Positions 9,892 to 19,821 of a stretch of DNA of 64,000 nt are shown piece after piece; the first letter of the stretch is position 1; each line of letters begins with the position of its first letter. The stretch comes from Thecamonas trahens ATCC 50062 (taxonomy: Eukaryota; Protista; Apusomonadida), in NCBI RefSeq assembly GCF_000142905.1, contig NW_013657650.1:268420-332419 (forward strand). Reading direction: 5' to 3'. Made by a program: the position numbers and the translations under genes. The notes below the pieces were generated by a model, which was not told where the DNA came from, did not search any database, and worked only from the letters and a program-made list of their open reading frames with translations.

Positions 9892-12800
9892 TTAGGACGA
9901 GAGCGAGTACGGGACCTGCGACGGGCGCAGGAAGAGATACGGGTCCTCGGCGGCGGCGTTCCGGGCCAGGATGCTGGCCTCGATCTCCTTGCAGCGCTCC
10001 TGGAACGGCAGGTACGCCGGCTTGAACATATCGGCGACCGGAACTTGGAGGAGCGACGAGTACGAGCCGCCGGGGCCGAGAGTCGGGGTGGAGAGGAGGC
10101 GGACGAGGCCGAGCGAGTGGGTGACGGTGCGGGCGTCGGGAAGCGAGTCCATGATGTAGCGGAGGGTGACCTCGCTCTTGTTGATGGGCATCGGCTTGCG
10201 CATGAGGGTCGGGCGCGACGGGGCAAAAGCGTAGTAGTCGTACTGCGAGAGCGAGACTGCAGCGTGCTGGGCAGTGACGGTGAAGAGAAAGCGGGTGAGG
10301 AAGCGAGCGAGCTCGGGGCGGGTCTTCACATCCGGAATGGACGTGATGTTAGCACCGTGCGGCGAGCGGAGCTCGGCCATAAAGCCGTTGAACTGGTCAT
10401 CGGCGACAAGGTCGGCGTCGGATGCGTACATGATGTCGACGGCGCGGTTGGCGTAGTTCTCGATGGCGTCCCAGAGGACAAAGCCGTCGTCGCGGTAGTA
10501 GTAGCCCGGCAGCGGGTCGTCGGGCGAGCCCGGGGTAACCTTGGTGAAGCCGCGATCGGCGAGCTCCTGCGGAAAGGCAAAGCCCTCCCAGGTCCAGTAG
10601 TCGTTGTAGTTGCGCTCCATGAGCTCGAGGACGCCGTCGAGACCAATCGAGTTGAGGTTCTCGAACTGGGCGCCCTTGCGAGCGACAAGCGAGTAGCGAC
10701 CCATGTTGTTGACGGCAAAAGTGTCGTAGGTGTGCGGCTTGAGGAAGACGTACATGGGATGGTCCTTGGCAAAGGAGCGGAAGAAGGCGATGAGGAACGG
10801 CTCCATGGTGAGGTGGATGGGCCCGAGGTGGGCGCCGGCCTCGTGCCATTGGACGTCGGACGACGCGACGTGCATCTTGGCAAAGAGCCACGACTCGGCC
10901 GGGTCTGACGGGAGGTGCCAGACATGCGGGCCGGCCTCTGCGGCGCGGGTGCCGCGGGTGAGCTGGATGGCGAGCGGCATGAGCTTGGCGTAAGAGCCAG
11001 GCGCCACGTTGACGGTGTCGAGGTAGAAGACAACGACGGGTGCGTACATGATAAAGTCATCCTTGGTGATGGCGTCAGCGAGGAGCTCGTAGTCGGCAAA
11101 GTAGAGCTGGCCGGCCTCGCTCAGCTCGTCCATGGGCGGAAGACCCTTTGAGGCGAGGAAGGCGTTGGCGGCGGCAACCGAGGAGGGAGCCATGTCGAGG
11201 GCAGCAGGCAGCGGGTTGGTCGGGAGCACGCGCTGGAGAATGACCGGGTTGGTGCCAGTCAGGTACGTCCGCGCCCACACCATGTCATCGGTCCAATTGT
11301 GGTAGCCGTACGGGATGGGAAGGGTGAAGAGGTTGGCGTGAAGAGCCTCGACGGACGAGTTGGTGTCACCGGCGTCAAAGACGACGGCCCACTCGTCGGG
11401 CGACTCCCACTCGGAGATGGGCCGCGGCGCGTCCTTGACGCGGAGGAGCGACTTGGCGAGAGCGCCGGCAAAGACGGCACCGTGCGACGAATAGAACTTA
11501 AACTCGTACTGCTGCGACTGCGGGATGTCGCGAATGAAGCGCGGGAGGTAAGAGAAGGGGACGGGCATGGTGGCGTAGTCGAAGATGTCGGGCTGGCCAG
11601 CGAGCTGGCCGACGCGGCGGCCGGAGAAGGTCTCGGTACACGTCGGCTGCGCGACGACAGCCGAGTTAAGAGTGCGGCGGAGGGTGGCGGTGGCGTTGTA
11701 CACGAACTTGCGCGCCTTGGCGATCGAGCCGAGCGGGCGGTGCGAGACCGGCGTGTGCCAGATGTTGAACGAGAGGTCGCGGCAAAAGTCAAACTGATCG
11801 ACGTAGTCAAAGGTCTGCTGCGGGATGGTGAGGCGGGCAACAGGAACGTACACGACGTCGTTGTAGCCGGTCTTGTCGGTCCAGCGGACGGCGATGTCCT
11901 CGAGCGGGTTCTTGCAAGCGTCAAGACCCTGCTCCGCAATGCCAAACTCAAAGCAGGCCTCGCCGGCGTCGAGCCAGCGGGTCATGGCCTCGCGGAGAAA
12001 GTCGGGCGAGGAGCCCCAGGCGATCTCGTCGTCGGCGACGGCGGCCGAGTTGACGGCGCACGGGCGCACGCCGTACTTGACGGCGAGCGGGAGGTCGTAG
12101 AGCGAGTCGACCGGCGGCGCTGAGCCCAGGGCGTACGGCGTGACCGAAAAGTACTCGGTGGTGAGCGGATTCGACATGACAAAGCCCGAGTAGAACATGG
12201 GGCCGAGCTGGAAACGGAAAAGTCCCACTCGGCCGGGTTGAACGAGTTAAAGGTGTGGGTGAAGACGGTGAAGAGGGTGCGGAGGCCGCCAGCAACGATG
12301 GCCTTGAGCAGCTTGGGGTAGGCCGAGATCGAGTTGGCGAAGAAGGTCTTGGAGGAGACAAGGACAAAGTCTGCTGTGTTCGGCTCGGCAAACGGCTCAA
12401 AGGTGGCGGCCTTCTCGCCGGCGACGCCGCAGAGCTTGATGGCCATGCCGCGGACGTCGGGGCGGGCGTCGTTGCGGACCTTACGCATGCCGTTGGAGAA
12501 GCGGACCCAGGCCGGCCATGACTCGCCGGGGTTGGCAAAGAGGCCGACCTTGAGGTGCTCGGGAACCCAGTCGTTGACGCGGAACTCGCCACGGACGCAG
12601 CCGTGCATCTTGCGGTGGACGTCGCGGTAGGCGGTGTTGAGGTCAAGCTCCTTGACAATCGATGTCGTCGTGTCGATGAGCTCGGCAATGGACTGGGCCT
12701 CGTTGGCCTCCGGGTACACCTCGCCGGGCACGAGCGAGCACTGGTCAGTGTAGCGGGTGAGGGCGTGGAGGAAGAGGAGTGCAGCCGGGATGAGGATGAG

Positions 12801-14090
12801 GAGGCGGAGCCACGACTTGAGAGCGCGGGCCTTGTAGACGGCCATGGCGGCCCAGATGGTGCCGCCGCCGACAGCGACCTTGAAGGTCAGGGCGACGAGC
12901 TTGAAGACGTTGTTGGAGACAAAGAGCTCTGAAAAGAGCTCGACCTCCCAGGGAACAAGGCCCCAGTGGGTAAAGGCGGCAAAGACGAGAGCCACCGCGC
13001 CGGCCGCGAGGGCGGCGGTCTGGAGCCAGTGGTCGAGAATCCACTTGCCGAGAACCTCGGGGTGCGGGGCGTTGCCGTACGGCGCAAGGTAGAGGATGGC
13101 GAGGAGGAAGCCGAGGACGGCGAGCGCCTCGACCTGGGTGAGGTTGAGGGCAAACCAGGCAGTGGTAGCCGTGGAGAAGGCAGCCGCGGTGGCAGCGATG
13201 CGCCCGAGGGCGGCGGTGGCCGAGAACGAGACCTGCTGCGAGGCGTGGGCCGAGACGTAAGCGTCGGATGACGAACGCTTGACAATGTCAGCAGTGATAA
13301 AGACCATGGCGAGGCCAATCGCCGAGTGCTGGTAGGCAAAGACGACGTGGATGGCGTAGAGCGCAGTGGAGTGGGTGGAGAGCGGGAGCTCGACGTCGAG
13401 GAGGACGGTGAGGGCCAGAATCTTGACCAGGATGACGTTGTAGAGGACGTGCAGCTGGAGCGGGTTGAGGAGGAGGCGGAAGTGCAGCGGGTAGGTGATG
13501 CACGTCGCCGGCGAGACCGTCCAGTAGTACATGCGGATGGCCCAGATGAGGTAGCAGACGGTGGCAAACGAGACCGCGATCTGCGATGCCCACCAGCGCG
13601 CCCACATGCCGGGCTGCTTGCCCTCGGCCGCCAGCTTGCGGAAGAGGGTGAGCGCACGGCCAAGGCCAGCTGCCGGCGCCGCCAGAGTCAGGCCGGCCAG
13701 CAGCGCAATCTCGCCTGGGTTGTCCTTGTGGACGTCGAAGCGGACGGCGTAGACGAGGACGACGACGGCGGCCACAATGGCGACCGGGATGTAGGCGTCG
13801 ACCCAGGAGAAGCGGAGAGTGACAAAGGCGTCGGTAGCGTCAGCCACAAGCGAGTTGGTGGCGTCAGCGTAGTGCAGAATGGACCACAGGAGCCAGAACG
13901 GGAGAAGGTAGAGCCCAGCGCCGGCGCCCTGGTAGACCCAGTTGGACCAGCCACGGCTGCGCGAGACAACCACAAAGAGCGGACCAAAGTAGAGGAGGGC
14001 AAACGAAGCAACAACAGTAGCAAGGGCAAACGGCGAGCATCCCACGAGGAGCCGCGTAGCGGTGTACACCCCATGCAGGAGATCCACCAT
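9892..14090 (-). CDS. Fusion: multi-pass membrane domain + catalase-related (AOS-like) heme domain + lipoxygenase; one apparent frameshift at ~12218-12221
   Basis: ORF 11982-14279 has many TM segments, then RDVHRKMHGCVRGEF, VRFSNG, PDVRGMAIKL. ORF 9892-12228 has HRPLGSIAKARKFVY, then LOX motifs GTNP, WLFAK, HEAGAHLGPIHLTMEPF, HPMYVFLKPH, YYYRDDG, AQHAAVS. Adding one base to the A4 run joins them (..EWDFFRFQLG..), ~1399 aa. Confidence 0.85.
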
Positions 14091-14329
14091 AGTACTTGTA
14101 GTGGAGGGGGGAGAGAGAGAGGGGTAAGGGTGTTGGGTGTAGGGGGGAGGGGGGGAAGGGGGGGGGGGGCGGGGGAAGACGGCGATGTTTTGGCGCTCCC
14201 ACACGCGTGGGCTTTCTTCTTTATTTTTTTGGCGCCAAGGCCAGCGCAATGCGTTGTTGGTGTGGCTCTGCGAGTGCATTCATTCCATCATTACCATCAG
14301 GTACGGGTGTAGGAGGGCGGAGGGTTTAG

Positions 14330-15937
14330 TTAGTGTGCAAAGAACATCTTGACTGCGCGCACAATGTTGGCCCGACACATAGGGCACTCATCGAGCGAGT
14401 CGGCACACTCGCTGCAGGCGCAGACGTGACCGCATTCGAGGAGGATGACGTCGATGCGGTTGTCCATGCAGACAACGCAGAGGTTGGCATCCTCGTCGGC
14501 AGCGATTGGAGCAGGCATCTTGGCCGCGGCTTTGGCAGGGGCGGGAATCGACGGCGCGGGTGCTTGGGCGGTCGGTGCGATTGACGGCGAGCCGAGCGGG
14601 CGGCCGTCAGGGCGCACATCGACAAAGGACGCAGGCGGGACGGTGAGCGGCGGAAGTGAGGCGGGGTTCGGCAGCGGCGCCATAAATGACGGAGTCGGCG
14701 CGACGTGCGGTGGGGTGATGCGACCGGACGGAACGGGCGCGGCTGGCGATCCGCCGTCCGACTCGTCCGAGGCGCGCAGGATGGCAGAGGCAAACGAGGT
14801 ACGGAGAGAGGCAACGGGCGAGGCGATCGGCGAGGCAACATGCGGTAAGACTGGCTCACAGACGCTCCTGGTGGGCGTGGTGTGAAGGCCTGCAGCAGTT
14901 AGCCCGGAACCAAAAGAAGCCTCGGTTCGCTCCAACGTCATCAGGGACTGCGAGAGCACGCCGGCCTCCGTCTTGGATGACAGGAACTCGGCCAGCGACT
15001 GGTATCGGTGGCCGTCATACAGTAAAAAGCCCGAGGCCAGACACGAGAGCCGCGAGTGTGTGATGGTGCCGTTCGAGTTGGCGAGCGAGATGGTGTAGTC
15101 GCCCGGGACCGATGACGAGTAGCGGACAACATACGTCCCGGCGGCATGATGCGCGAGCCGAGCCTCGATCTCTTCGCGAGTAGCGCTTCCATCGAAACAT
15201 GACGACGACTCGACCGACTGGCGTACCATCTTGTACCGCGAAACGTCGTCGGGCGCCGTGGCGGACGCTTGCGTTTGCGAGTGTGCCGGTGACTCGGGCG
15301 CGTCCAGGCCATGCGCAGTGTACAGCAAGGCGCCCGCGCCGGCGGTCCCGGCCTGTTCGGCAGCCTCAAGCTCCAGAAGCGAGACAGTGTAGACGTGCGG
15401 CCAGAGAGCAACAATGTCCTCAATCGACGAGAAGCCGCGCGGCGAGGCCTTGTCGATGCAGATGCGGACCGAGCCATCGGGCTCGCGATGGAGCAGATAC
15501 AGGACGTGGATGAAGCACTCGAGGCATCCACATACGACAGCGCTAGCCCACCGTTCTGCCGCGACAACCGCCATATAAAGGTGCCCGGCGAGCGGCCCGC
15601 CAGCCGGCCCGGCACTACCTCGCCGTCCGAGGTGACAAAGCCCTCGAGGCCGACCCTATCTGCGCCTGGGTCAAACATGCCCGACGCCTCCAGCGCCGCC
15701 AGGAACTCGGGCGTAGCTATCCAACACCATGCCCATGCCCATACCACACGTGAGTTTCTCCCTCTTCTCCCTCCTCCCCCCCTTCTCCTCCTCTTCCTTC
15801 CAAAACGTACGGTCCGTCGGACAGAAAGGCACTCCGCCCCCGCCTGCAGCAGCAGTCTGTCCCGAGCAGGCAGAGATGGGCGTGTACTCGCACGGCTGCC
15901 TGTCTCTGCCATCCTCCCGGTACCGTTCCGCCGCCAT
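14330..15937 (-). CDS. Tandem SH2 + Pro-rich + C-terminal RING protein; probable intron 15717-15810 and frameshift at ~15510-15530
   Basis: SH2-1: RLAGRSPGTFIWRLSRQNGGLALSYV / FIHVL..FSSIEDIV. SH2-2: TREEIEARL....GTYVVRYSSSVPGDYTIS. RING: CVVCMD..LECGHVCAC..C...CPMCR. Intron GTACGT..ACTCAC..TAG is phase-compatible with ATG 15937. Confidence 0.7.
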
Positions 15938-16398
15938 TCCTCGTACTAGAGATAGTGGTGGGGGTTCGGGGGGTGGGGGTGGGGGTGGGGGGTGCGACCG
16001 GGTTGGGGAGGGGTAAAGAGGGGGGCGGCGCGGTGAGTGGCTCTGCCCACTGATCAGAAAAAGGCTGCGGAGAAGAGAGGGCCGATGGCCCAAAGTTGAT
16101 GGCCCAGGGCGGATGGCCCAAGACGGATGGCTCAAGGCGACAGATGGCAAGAGAGAGAGAGAGGAGAGGCATGGATTGAATGACATCTCTAATCGTGTGG
16201 TACGATTGGTTGAGGGCACAGTGGTATGTGTGGTGAGTTTGTGGGGAGATTTGTCATCTGTGATGGATGGACATGGTGGTGGTCACAGTGGTCGGTGGTG
16301 GACGTGAGCTGTCTCGCCGTCAACCTGCCCGACTTGACCAACCTGCCTGCGCCTGCCATTACTCTCTCTCCGCCCGATCCATCTCCCTTGATTTTGCC

Positions 16399-18189
16399 AT
16401 GATCAGGCCGCGGCATGGGGTGGCGCCGTCACCATCGCTATCGCCACCGTCTCCACCTCCGCCATTCCCTCTGCCGCCTGCTGCGACAGCCTCGACCCGC
16501 TCGCCGACTGCAGCGACAGCTGCCCGCCGCAGGCCGGGCCAAGCCCGCTCTGCCGTTCCGGCCTCGCCGTCGCCGAGTCCCAGCCCGCCACCGCGGCTGC
16601 GTCCTCTTTCGGCATCGCTCTCTGGTGCCTTGTCCTCGGCTGTCTCCTCCGCGGCGCCCTCGCTAGCCTTTTCAGGCCTCTCTTCGGCAGCTGGGTCGGC
16701 GGCCGGTTCGGCAGCTGGCTCGCCACGCATCGTGGCTACCGCGTTGGTCCGCCCGCGGCTCCGTGGGCGACACACCACAGTCATCATTCCATCGCCGTCG
16801 CTCTCACCGTCTTCGCACGGCTCACGATCAAGGTCACGATCAAGGTCGCGGTCGCGGTCGCGGTCGCGGTCTCCGCGTCGGCCGTCGGGTGGTGGTGCTG
16901 GCGACGGCGGTCGTGGGCGTGCCGTGCGGCGGCAGGTTACGCTTGATGTACTGCCGCCTACGTGGGATACAGCGTTGGCAGGCGACGGATCCGAGATTGG
17001 CGAAGAGGTGCTTGCAGAGATGGTGAGCGGGGCGTCGCGCGATGAGCTCGTGCAGGCCGCCGACGTGACGACGCTCGCGGTCGGCCTGGCGGCGTTCCTC
17101 AAGCCGCCTGAAGAGCGGCAGGCTGGTGGTGAAAATGCCGGCACCTTGAAGCTGCTGCGCGAGTTGGCGGGCGTGTATCTCATTCTAGGTGATAGGCAGC
17201 GGCACCGGGCGTACTCGCTGGCTGCCATTGCTCTGGCGTCGGCGCCGGAGCCGGTGACTACCGCCGCGCAGGCGCGCGCGCTCCCCGGCATCGGCCCTTC
17301 GATTGCTGCCAAGATTGAGGCGTTTGTGAAGACCGACCGGTGCGCGGTCCTGGATCGAATTTACCTCTCACGCAAGTGGGAGGTCATGTCGCGGCTGGTC
17401 GGCATCTGGGGCGTGGGTCCGTCAACTGCCGCGCACTGGATGGCACGCGGCATCGAGTCGGTCGAGGCCTTGCGCGAGTCGGGCACCCTGCTCTCGGACC
17501 GCCAGGCCATGGGTGTCAAGTTCTACGATGACTTTCAGGCACGCATGCCGCGTGACGAGATCGACGTCCACATTGGCGTCGTCGCCAAGGTCGTCGACGA
17601 GCTGCCGGACGCCAGAGATCTCGGCCTTGTCACCGTGCCGGCCGGCTCGTGGCGCCGCGGCAAGAGCTCGGCCCACGACGTGGACATTCTAGTTACCACC
17701 CGTGAACTGCAGCCCATGGCTGCCCTCGTCGGCATCCTCGACAAAATCGTCGACGCTCTGTACGAGCTTGACTACGTCGAGGCCACACTGCGGAAGAGCT
17801 ACGGCATCGGAACTCGCAAGCACCCGTCTCGGAACTCGCTCTCGCTTGCGGTTGAGCATGAAGACTTTGACGTTTTCTTTGGCGTTGTCAGCCTCCCCTC
17901 GCCGCTCTCGCACCTCCAGCCCCCGCTCGCCCGGCGCCTCGATCTCATCGTTGTCCCGCGCACCCGCTTTGCCGTCACCTCGCTCTACTTTACCGGCTCG
18001 GCCATGTTCAACCGGCTGCTTCGGATCCACGCTCTGGCGCTCGGCTACAAGCTCGGCAACGACAAGATCTTCCCGGTCGACGACCTTGGTCTCCCTGCTG
18101 GCCCGCCCGTCGCAGTATTAACCGAAGCCGACGTCTTTGACCTCCTCGGCCTCCCCTTTGTCCCGCCGACCTGGCGCAACAACAGCTGA
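16399..18189 (+). CDS. X-family DNA polymerase (pol lambda/beta-like)
   Basis: LPGIGPSIAAKI (HhH/lyase), IWGVGPSTA, GSWRRGKSSAHDVDIL, RRLDL, YFTGSAMFNR, TEADVFDLLGLPFVPP..R. Start uncertain. Confidence 0.88.
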   Translation: MIRPRHGVAPSPSLSPPSPPPPFPLPPAATASTRSPTAATAARRRPGQARSAVPASPSPSPSPPPRLRPLSASLSGALSSAVSSAAPSLAFSGLSSAAGSAAGSAAGSPRIVATALVRPRLRGRHTTVIIPSPSLSPSSHGSRSRSRSRSRSRSRSRSPRRPSGGGAGDGGRGRAVRRQVTLDVLPPTWDTALAGDGSEIGEEVLAEMVSGASRDELVQAADVTTLAVGLAAFLKPPEERQAGGENAGTLKLLRELAGVYLILGDRQRHRAYSLAAIALASAPEPVTTAAQARALPGIGPSIAAKIEAFVKTDRCAVLDRIYLSRKWEVMSRLVGIWGVGPSTAAHWMARGIESVEALRESGTLLSDRQAMGVKFYDDFQARMPRDEIDVHIGVVAKVVDELPDARDLGLVTVPAGSWRRGKSSAHDVDILVTTRELQPMAALVGILDKIVDALYELDYVEATLRKSYGIGTRKHPSRNSLSLAVEHEDFDVFFGVVSLPSPLSHLQPPLARRLDLIVVPRTRFAVTSLYFTGSAMFNRLLRIHALALGYKLGNDKIFPVDDLGLPAGPPVAVLTEADVFDLLGLPFVPPTWRNNS

Positions 18190-18552
18190 CCGATGTGCCT
18201 GGCTACGCGCGTCTCGCTCGCAACATCGAGACATTGAACAGAGCATGTCTCCGCCAGCCAGTAAACCCTCACACGCCCTCGCCGGCGCGTCGGCTGCCAT
18301 CACTGGATACACCGGATCCCAAGGCGCCAAGTACGACGGCGGTTGTGCACGTTGCACGTTGGCCTCAACTGCAACTCCGGGGAGGCAGGCTGCTGCTGAA
18401 GTGATGGCGGTGGTGGCGGTGGTGGATCTTGCGGGTACGGTAGTTACGGCGTCATCAGCCGCCAAGAGTGCGGCGTGTTTGGGCGGCGGATTGCGGCGTT
18501 CGGCGGCTCGGCGCGCCCCGCGCTCACGGTCATTGATTGGCACTTGACTCAC

Positions 18553-19779
18553 ATGTTCCGGCTGCGGTGCGTGACGCGTTCGACCGGCCTCGCAGCATTC
18601 GGACAGAAGCTGGCACAGATCAGCAGGGCGAGCATCGGGAACAGTGCTGTCCGTACCATGAGCTCAGAAGTCGGAGGAGCTGGCGGTGCTGCAGAGGCCG
18701 TCGAGGCAGTGCCGTTTGAGGCCAGCCTCCCGTGGGCTCTCACCATTGCCGGCAAGGAGTGGCGCCGGCCCGGATGCGACGAGCCGCGCAGCAGGGTCCT
18801 CGCCCTGCACGGCTGGTGCGATTCGGCGGCATCGTACGACAAGCTCGCGCCGCTTCTGGTCACCGCGCCCGGCGGGCCAGACTCGGTCTTGGCCATCGAT
18901 CTGCCTGGTCACGGGCTCTCTTCCTGGCGCGCACCCGATGCCAACTACCACTACGTCGACTACGTCCACGACGTCATGGGCCTCATGGTCCAGGAGGGCC
19001 TCCTTCACGATCCGCACACCGCCCGCGTCTCGCCTGCTGCCGGCGATGCCGATGGCACCGACAAGCCGCCCCACATCACTCTGATGGGCCACTCGATGGG
19101 TGGCGGTATCGCCGTCATGCTCGCCGGCGCATGGCCGCACGCCATCGACCGACTCGTCCTCATCGAGGGCGCAGGCACGCTGCCCGCAACCACCGATGCC
19201 GACCAGGTCGATGTCGTCGCCTCATTTGTTGCCTCCAAGCTCAAGTACGCCTCTGCCAAGTCGGCGCCGCGCCCACATCCGCGGCGCGATGCCATGGCCG
19301 AGCGCCTCGTCCAGGCCCTCCGTGGCAAGGGTGCAATGGACCTCGACGCCGCTCGCACCCTCGTTGCTCGCGGCACCCGCCAGCTCCCATCCGGCGAGTT
19401 TACCTGGCGCTCCGATCCTCGGCTCCGCATGGCCGCCCCCTACCGCATCTCCGAGCCCTCGCTCCGCGCCTTTCTCGGCAACATCGCCGCGCCAGCCGTC
19501 CTCGTCATGGCCTCGCGCGGCTGGCCCATTCCCGATGAGCTTGTCGCCGAGCGCCTGGCTGCCGTCCCACATCTGCAGGCCGTCCGCCTCGACGGCTCGC
19601 ACCACCTTCATCTCGAGGTCGCTGAGACTTTGGCTGACCTCTTTGTGCCGTTCATTGCCGAGGACTCGGGCGTCGAAGAACCGCAGGTGGCGGCACAGGT
19701 CATCGCCGACGCCATGGCCACACCCCGCCTGGCCGCATCTGCGGCTACCGCGGCTGCTGCCGCTGCATCCAGTGACTGA
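18553..19779 (+). CDS. Alpha/beta hydrolase, serine hydrolase-like (SERHL-type), possible mitochondrial presequence
   Basis: LHGWCDSAASYDKLAP, AIDLPGHGLS, GHSMGG nucleophile elbow, WRSDPRL, GSHHLHL; Arg-rich N-terminus. Confidence 0.85.
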   Translation: MFRLRCVTRSTGLAAFGQKLAQISRASIGNSAVRTMSSEVGGAGGAAEAVEAVPFEASLPWALTIAGKEWRRPGCDEPRSRVLALHGWCDSAASYDKLAPLLVTAPGGPDSVLAIDLPGHGLSSWRAPDANYHYVDYVHDVMGLMVQEGLLHDPHTARVSPAAGDADGTDKPPHITLMGHSMGGGIAVMLAGAWPHAIDRLVLIEGAGTLPATTDADQVDVVASFVASKLKYASAKSAPRPHPRRDAMAERLVQALRGKGAMDLDAARTLVARGTRQLPSGEFTWRSDPRLRMAAPYRISEPSLRAFLGNIAAPAVLVMASRGWPIPDELVAERLAAVPHLQAVRLDGSHHLHLEVAETLADLFVPFIAEDSGVEEPQVAAQVIADAMATPRLAASAATAAAAAASSD

Positions 19780-19821
19780 TGCGAAAGCTCGCCTGCGGCG
19801 AGCATGGCAGCTGGATGCAGA

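Noticed and set aside
9892-14279. Two separate genes or a pseudogene at the LOX locus
   Set aside because: The break falls inside the heme domain, all core motifs are intact, and one base at an A4 run restores the frame as at nine other sites.
9766-14312. Long + strand ORFs antisense to the LOX fusion (e.g. 9766-10908, 13326-14312)
   Set aside because: Shadow ORFs caused by high GC3 codon bias; no motifs.
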